DNA of 64,000 nt from Asterias rubens (lineage: Eukaryota): positions 19,530,001 to 19,594,000 of the forward strand of contig NC_047068.1 of NCBI RefSeq assembly GCF_902459465.1. Reading direction: 5' to 3'. Below are positions 56,391 to 64,000 of the stretch, one piece after another (positions within the stretch are counted from its first letter, which is position 1; every line of letters starts with the position of its first letter). Under the pieces are notes generated by a model. It was not told where the DNA came from. It saw nothing but the letters and a program-made list of their open reading frames with translations, and searched no databases. A program made the translations under genes and the position numbers.

Positions 56391-59300
56391 CAAGTGTGTC
56401 ATATAATGAGATTGGGTTAAAGAAAGAAGAGAGCTAACGGACTGGGTAATAGAGCCTTCCCATGAAATATGCTAATAACAATCATGCATGCGTGCATACC
56501 CTATTAGATGTGCACTAAACGGACGTGCAATCGCGTCTGCGTGATGCAGTCATGAGCCGCATGAAAACAATGTGATATGTGTTCCCGCATTTTGCTAACC
56601 AAGACGTTAGTGCGCATGAACTATGTATGTGCAATTTACATATTTCATGGGAAGGGTCTACATGGTATTGTTCACAAAAGTAAAAGATTAATCCATACAC
56701 CAGACAGACTGTGTATCCAGGTACATCTATCTTGGTCAATTCAATATAACCACACAAAAGGCTGGAAGCACAGATATGTCTGGCTCCATCAGTGATAATT
56801 GTTGTACGTACAATGTATGGTTGTAACATTACTGGTGTATTGCCCACCACTTTTCAAGAGACTATGGACTTTTTCGAAACCACGGCTTCGGCGTTGGATT
56901 CGTTTCAGGCTCCGTCCTCTCGTCTTAAACCCTGGGCATGTATACACAAATCATGCGCAACTTTCAAAACAACTGCGGGGCCAAGCTAGCCTGAGCCGCA
57001 TCTATAGCCAAATGCAGTCGTTTCAAAAAAGGGCATAAGTAGTTCTGTCCATGCCTAACAATTTTAAAGCAATAATAAAACCTCAGACGTCTTTGTAGAG
57101 GAAGTTTTTTAATCTTTTGGAGTTGAACATCTCTTTCAATGTCCAGACATTTTATTACTAATCCAGATTGGATCAATGGATATTTGTGAAGCAGGATACC
57201 AACACAGATGATGTTCACCCTTTTTCAAATGCACTGTTTTTTTAATGAAGTCTGTAATGCCGACATTTTTAATGCAATTTTCAAATGCAAAGAGAATAAA
57301 TATATTGGGCTCAACTCATGAAATTGTTAAGTAAGTTGAGCCTATCCAAAAATATAATACTATATTTTATAAGTAGAACATCTACATGTACGAGAAATAT
57401 TTTTTAATTTAAAGGATTGTATGTATGACCATGTAAAAAAACACAAATAAATAACCCAACTTGCCATTTTGGAAGTCAATTAAGTTAGCATGTAAATGCC
57501 CCCGCCGTCTAAAATGTGTTACATACTGTGTAACACAAGTTTGAAGTCTCCCTCTTTGATGTTGGAGTCAAATTTTATTGCCCTTGACCCCCAGCAGCCG
57601 GTTTCACGAAACTCTAGGATTAATCCTAGCTCGAGTTAGGACGAGTAACCCGTCCTAACTTAGGATGGGTTCAATGCGTCCAAGTCTTTGGATATAGAAC
57701 TGAACTCGAAATAAGTCCTAAGACTGATAATGCTAAGTTAGGAATAGTTTGGTGAAATCGCGGTTGGATCCATACCTGTTTCTTAGCTTTTTTAAATAGC
57801 TTAGCTTTTTCTTTTTACCATGTCATTCATAGTAGGCTTCCACTTTCAAATTGTACAATTGTAAATATTAAATGTCAAGATGTAGACAATAATGTTATGA
57901 TGTGTAAATAATCCAATGGGTCGCACAAAACTCCACAAAAAAATTGGTAAAACCACCACATATTGTATCAATAGGTGTTGAGACTTCAGAAACATTTTAG
58001 TAACTTTATCTGTCTTATTTTTCAAAGTTTTCAGTTGATAACTGATCATAAAATGCATCACTATAAAAATTGTTAGGTGACTTTCTTAATATTTTAATCA
58101 TTTGAAGAGTATTTCTGAACTCAAATTGACTGATTGTTTTAAAATTGTCATAGACGTTATTTTAATTTGTTTGTATTAAGTGTGTGAATGTATTGCGTGG
58201 GTATTATATATTGTTTGTTAACCAGATTATATATATATATATACTGCCTCTATCTTGTTTCTTTTTAACAAAAAACTGTTAACATGTTTTTATTTTACGT
58301 CATTTCAGTAGGGCGCCCTCACCTAGAGGTCAAAAGGAGGTTGTTCATTGGCCAATACTGTGCACCGCGCGTACAAATCTGTGCGTTTCGATTGTTTCGT
58401 CACCGTTTTTCCACTAAGATGGCGGCTGGATGACGTCAATGCATAAGGTCTATATCAAATAGGCCCCCTCCCCCTCAAAAAAAGAGAATTTTCCCTGGCC
58501 TTGAATTCCCCAAAATGAAATGTCTGGTTTTAACTCAACTGCAATGCAGACTGGTGTGTATACAGGAAATACGGCTTGATAAGTTTTTAATAAGAAAACT
58601 TAATTGGTTTGGAAGGTAACCTTACAAAGCCAATAAAGTTTTGTTTGTGTTTAGTTAATGTTATGCCTAACAGTTTTGGCCAGTTCTCACCCACCCAGTA
58701 TTTTAAGGTTTATACAGCAGTACAGGCCCAATTTTAGAGTTGCTTATAAGCACAAAAAGTAGCTAAGCAAAGCGCAATTTAGCTTACCAGAATAAGGTTT
58801 CTGTTAAAGCTACCGTTAAACATGTTATTTTCTTTTTTCTAGCTCCTGCTCATTTTTTTGGTTAAGCAGAAAGTTTTGAAGCATTATTTGTTTTTGACGC
58901 AGCTCTAAAATTGGGTCCCTGAATTTGTTGTCCATTGACAATGTTTTAGTTGTATCCCAGCTCAGGGTTAGTTGTCCAACATTCAGTATTTTAAGCTTCA
59001 GTGAAGTGCTAACTGAATATTAATGTAAAAAGTATATAAAGGGTAAATGCAAAGTAGGAAAATCTACTTGAGAATATAGGTGACCTATTATGTACACTTA
59101 TGCCTAAAAAGGGATCGATGGTTTGAAGTTATTTAATAAAAGTATCCTGAATGTTTGAGGGGATCTCACATTGGAAATCAGGTTTATGTAGGAAGAATAT
59201 CGTGTCTGAATGATAAAGCTTGCGTTTGTGTAAACACAATTAGCAATGGACTATAATCCAACTTTTTGAGTATGGGGGAAGTATACTAAGAAAGGACTTG

Positions 59301-59960
59301 GCATAAATCATCACGAAGCAAGGGTCTGTCAACTAAAAAATTACTCTATTTTGGTTGGAGATTGTGGAATGGAGGAGCCAAAAAAACACAAAATAATTAT
59401 GCCCTTTTCTTGATTATACCAAAAAGTAGTTTGTTAACTAAAGGAATAATATACAATGTGATGGTGATTCTCACACGAGTATCAAGAATTGTGAATTAAA
59501 CAGATTTTTCTGTAGATTGGTGATCACCCACCATCAGTATGCAAATAAAACCATCAACAATAACCATCAACCATGGCATTCTCATCTTTGTGTTGTATCT
59601 TTTTGTCTGATATGTGTTAAACTTGTTGTGGTCAGGCATGGCTGTGGTTGAATATAAGATTCCCCTTTTGCATAAGATTAAGACCAATAATATTTTGATG
59701 GATTTGGAAAAACGTGTAATAAAACATAGATATTTTTACGCTGCGGGTTTCACATTAGTACACCATTATGCATACAAAAGTGCATACACAAGCTTGTACC
59801 ACACATGTACACACATACAAAGTATACACTGCATGCACTGTGTGCATAGCTAGCTAGCGTAAGGCGGTGTTGCACACGGCACCATTCAGTTTGCACAATG
59901 CGCATGAGCAGATACGGCAGGCTTCATTTTGTCACGCCCCTATCTGATCATTTCTACTAC

Positions 59961-59982
59961 GTCCGCACTTTTGCTATAAATA
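59961..59982 (+). promoter_or_regulatory. H4 core promoter: GTCCGC element and TATA box
   Basis: gtccgc at 59961-59966 followed by tataaata at 59975, about 70 bp before the ATG; the arrangement is typical of H4 promoters. Confidence 0.65.
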
Positions 59983-60027
59983 AGGTGTGCAGAAATTTGA
60001 AAGGCATTATTTTCTTGCAATCGTTGA

Positions 60028-60357
<330 letters not shown>

Positions 60358-60388
60358 ATTGGACATCAACTTACAAAACAAACAATCC

Positions 60389-60428
60389 GGCTCTTTTCAG
60401 AGCCACCACAAAATCAAAAAAGAGAAAT
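60389..60428 (+). terminator. H4 3' stem-loop (60389-60404) and purine-rich HDE
   Basis: ggctct-tttc-agagcc-accac, then aaaaaagagaaat. Confidence 0.95.
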
Positions 60429-62323
60429 GCCTGATCTGTTCATTATAATTAATGTTTAACCCATTTTGTTTTGTTAATAAAAGATGTCTTGACTTGTTGA
60501 TTTTGTCGTTTCTTTATACTCTATTCCATATAATACTTGGGACAGGATTCAAATACAGAATTTCAATTGAGGACGGGTGTTGCCTGAATATTGTTTTTAT
60601 TAATTGGGTTCAACATAGGGTTGATAACTTGTCAAATAATATATAAAGTACCAACATTCTCCACGGTTCGCTCAAAATTACAATACATGTGATTTAAAAT
60701 ATAAAATGGGTACCCCCCCCCCCCCCCCCCCCCACTGATACATTTTGTACAATACGCTTCATCGTGTTACTAGCTCAAATTTAAAAAACTATGAAGTAAT
60801 TACCGTACCAGTAGGCCCACACAATAAACAGGTTTTAAACAAAGCTTTATTTGAAAAGCTTACCATCACTACTAATTCTAAAAGGTAGGCTATCATGGGA
60901 ATTTTGACCTTAATAAATTGTTATTTAAAGTGAGCACTGGGTAAAAAAGATGGTCTGAACATGGAACATTACTACTACGAAGAAAGGAAGAGAACGGTAC
61001 CCTTTTAAGACATTACGAAGGTTCTAAGATTGCATTCATTTATTGCTTTGCCTTTGGTGAGATACGAACAGCCTGCAGCTAAGTAAAAGTAATGACAGAC
61101 TGGATAGCACTTTAGTAAAAAAAAAAAAAAAATACAGTGTACATTTAAATTGAACCCTTGATTTCCTTAATAAATGTAGCCTCTGATACTTTGTGAGATA
61201 CCGGGATACTTTGTGAGAAAATTGTGAGAACACCCGATTTAATGTTTTTGGGGAAAATATGGTGCAGAAAAAATGCCTAGGCGATAGTGATGTTTTAAAC
61301 AAATTGAACATTCAGGGGCAGAGATTTCTTTATATCCCTGAAGGAAAAACCGCATGAACAGCACAAGTCATGATGTTAATAAATAAAAAGTTTGAAATTG
61401 TAATAAAAACGTGAACATTTATAGGCTAATCACATACATGGATTAGCCTACCATGAAACACTATGTATGATACATGACATATGATGGCTGGAAGGATACA
61501 GAGTAGATTGGACCTGTTCATGGGGCTACATATGTACATGATGTTGCAAACTCCTTTTTTAATTTTCACATAATTTGTTTTTAAGATAAAATAAAATAAA
61601 ATAAAAAACTGAACCTGGAATCGGGAGACATACATAGCTCTTTCCCGACCAAAAAACATCCCGTCTGTTTCCCGGTTCCCGTATCCCGTAGCATACACAT
61701 ACACATGCGTGGCAATTTCATATCTATAAAATCATAATGTGTGTAATTTAAAATTAAAATAAATTATTTTTTTAATAGGCCTAATAAAATATATATATTT
61801 TTTTTATACAAACAATCCAGTGGACGACCTCCGAATTTGCATGGCTATAAAACACTGGGTATGTATTGAGTATCAGTAATGGTGAATTTTGAAATCGTAA
61901 ATCAACAAAATAATAATAAAATTCAGTTTTATAATTGCTATGAATTATTAAAAAAAGGACAGATATATCCCCCCTCAAAAAAGACCCGCACATCTAGCCC
62001 CCCCCCCCCCGCTCATGATAAAAAAAACGCGCCAGTATTTCCCGCGCAACAAGGAAAGGGGGAAGATTGCATCATGCATATTCATAAGGTAAGCCTGTTG
62101 GCAGTAGGAAGCTTGCCCGTAATTTTTTAACAGCAAAAATAATGTTTCAAAAATGTTTTTAACGGGCAATAAAAGTTCCGCCCGTAGTCATAGATGTAAT
62201 ATAAAGAAAGAGATCTACTTCATGCATAAATTCAATCCATTTCAGGCTGTGAAATGGGTGTTTTACCTAAATTTATCTGAACTACTGACAATGGTTAGGA
62301 TCATGTCGTGCAACTGCTAATCT

Positions 62324-62859
<536 letters not shown>

Positions 62860-62886
62860 ATTGTCTTTTTGGACAAAAACACAACC

Positions 62887-62921
62887 GGCTCTTTTCAGAG
62901 CCACCACATTTAAAAAAGGGA
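62887..62921 (+). terminator. H3 3' stem-loop (62887-62902) and HDE
   Basis: ggctct-tttc-agagcc-accac, then aaaaaaggga. Confidence 0.93.
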
Positions 62922-64000
62922 TCAATCTATGATTTGTCATGATTTTTTTAATATATTAAACATAGGCGGGCCTATTCATGCTAGTGTATATGCCTACTAT
63001 AGTATTAGTAAGTAATAAAATGAATAAATTACAGATCAAAATCAAACGTCTCAAATTTGTTTGGTTGGGCTGTTGTGTCGAAACAAACAACTTATTGAAT
63101 TTTATATTATTCACTGGGCGTCGGAGGCACTGTCCAACAATCCCCTGTTGTGTTAGGCCTACAAACAATCATTTTTTATCCCCAGAGTTCATGGAGTTAC
63201 TCTTGTCTTACATTGTGTTATTACATAGTCTATGCAATAGTTTATGCCACCACCCATTTATATTATATTGTCACATCAAACTTCCAAGGCCCCATGACAG
63301 ACCCAGATACAAACTTCATTGTGAACATCATGTAGGTAGGGATGTATACATTACTCTGTTTCAGATCAATAAAGAACAGTTGAACTGAATGGCTAAAAAG
63401 TAAAACTGTCACTACACCAAGGCCCTGATGCAATCCTTACATCAGTATTTTCCCCATAGTGCCATCTGGTTTTAAGTCTCCAACAAATTTAATCAAAAAG
63501 ATACTCAATTTCCTAGAACACAGCTGGGCAAACACCATAGAAGCACATAGGCCTACTATAAAAACTTTCACACAGCCTCAAAGCCAATACCACGAGTTAC
63601 AATGAACAAAATGGTCGAATTAACATGTCCAATTATTTGGAATTGTAATTAAACAAAATTGTAACAACTGAGTCGTTACATTTGGGGGATTTGTAAAGGA
63701 AAATTCTCAGTAGTTGGCAAATTAATTTTATCAACCGTTGATAGTACTTACCTAATTAGCACACTTTACATTTTCTTGCACAAGTTTCTTTCAGGCCAGC
63801 TTGGCCCATGATAATAATGAAAACTTATAAAGCGCACAAAAAGTTGCTTATGGCGCTAAAATACAAACAATAACATTAATATTATACACAAGAACAAAAA
63901 TTATAACCTAAGCCTAATTTTAGAGAAATCTGGAACATGTGGTATGGAATACAATACAATATTTAAGAAAACATCAAAAAGGTTCAACAACAAAAAAGTA

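Noticed and set aside
62038-62045. E2F site tttcccgc upstream of H3
   Set aside because: A single 8-mer 400 bp upstream, in what looks like repeat-derived sequence; not distinguishable from chance.

Overview
Eukaryotic genomic DNA, about 36-38% GC by eye, from an echinoderm (probably a sea star). The taxon call rests on histone H4 Cys73 and H3 Glu81, which are echinoderm-type residues. I reconstructed six protein-coding genes by hand; every junction is GT-AG and frame-consistent. They are: a LENG9-like RWD + MJ1316 + 2H-phosphoesterase gene (+, 3 exons, possibly 5'-incomplete); CFAP52/WDR16 (+, 12 exons, 627 aa); ATG12 (-, 4 exons, 127 aa); PITPNC1/RdgB-beta (+, 10 exons including an 8-nt microexon, 286 aa, head-to-head with ATG12); and intronless replication-dependent histones H4 and H3 (+), each with a 3' stem-loop. 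Introns are dense with non-autonomous DNA transposons (TTAA-flanked Kolobok-type, 3-bp-TSD Harbinger-type, one 8-9-bp-TSD element), tRNA-derived SINEs, LINE 3' fragments and minisatellites. The most unusual signal is a dispersed intronic repeat with three copies plus one fragment. It places a minimal type-I hammerhead-ribozyme-like fold directly upstream of a histone-mRNA 3' stem-loop and an HDE-like motif, and it ends in a shared 19-nt terminal motif. All copies here are degenerate, so activity and novelty are inferences that need a genome-wide consensus. No database searches were run.
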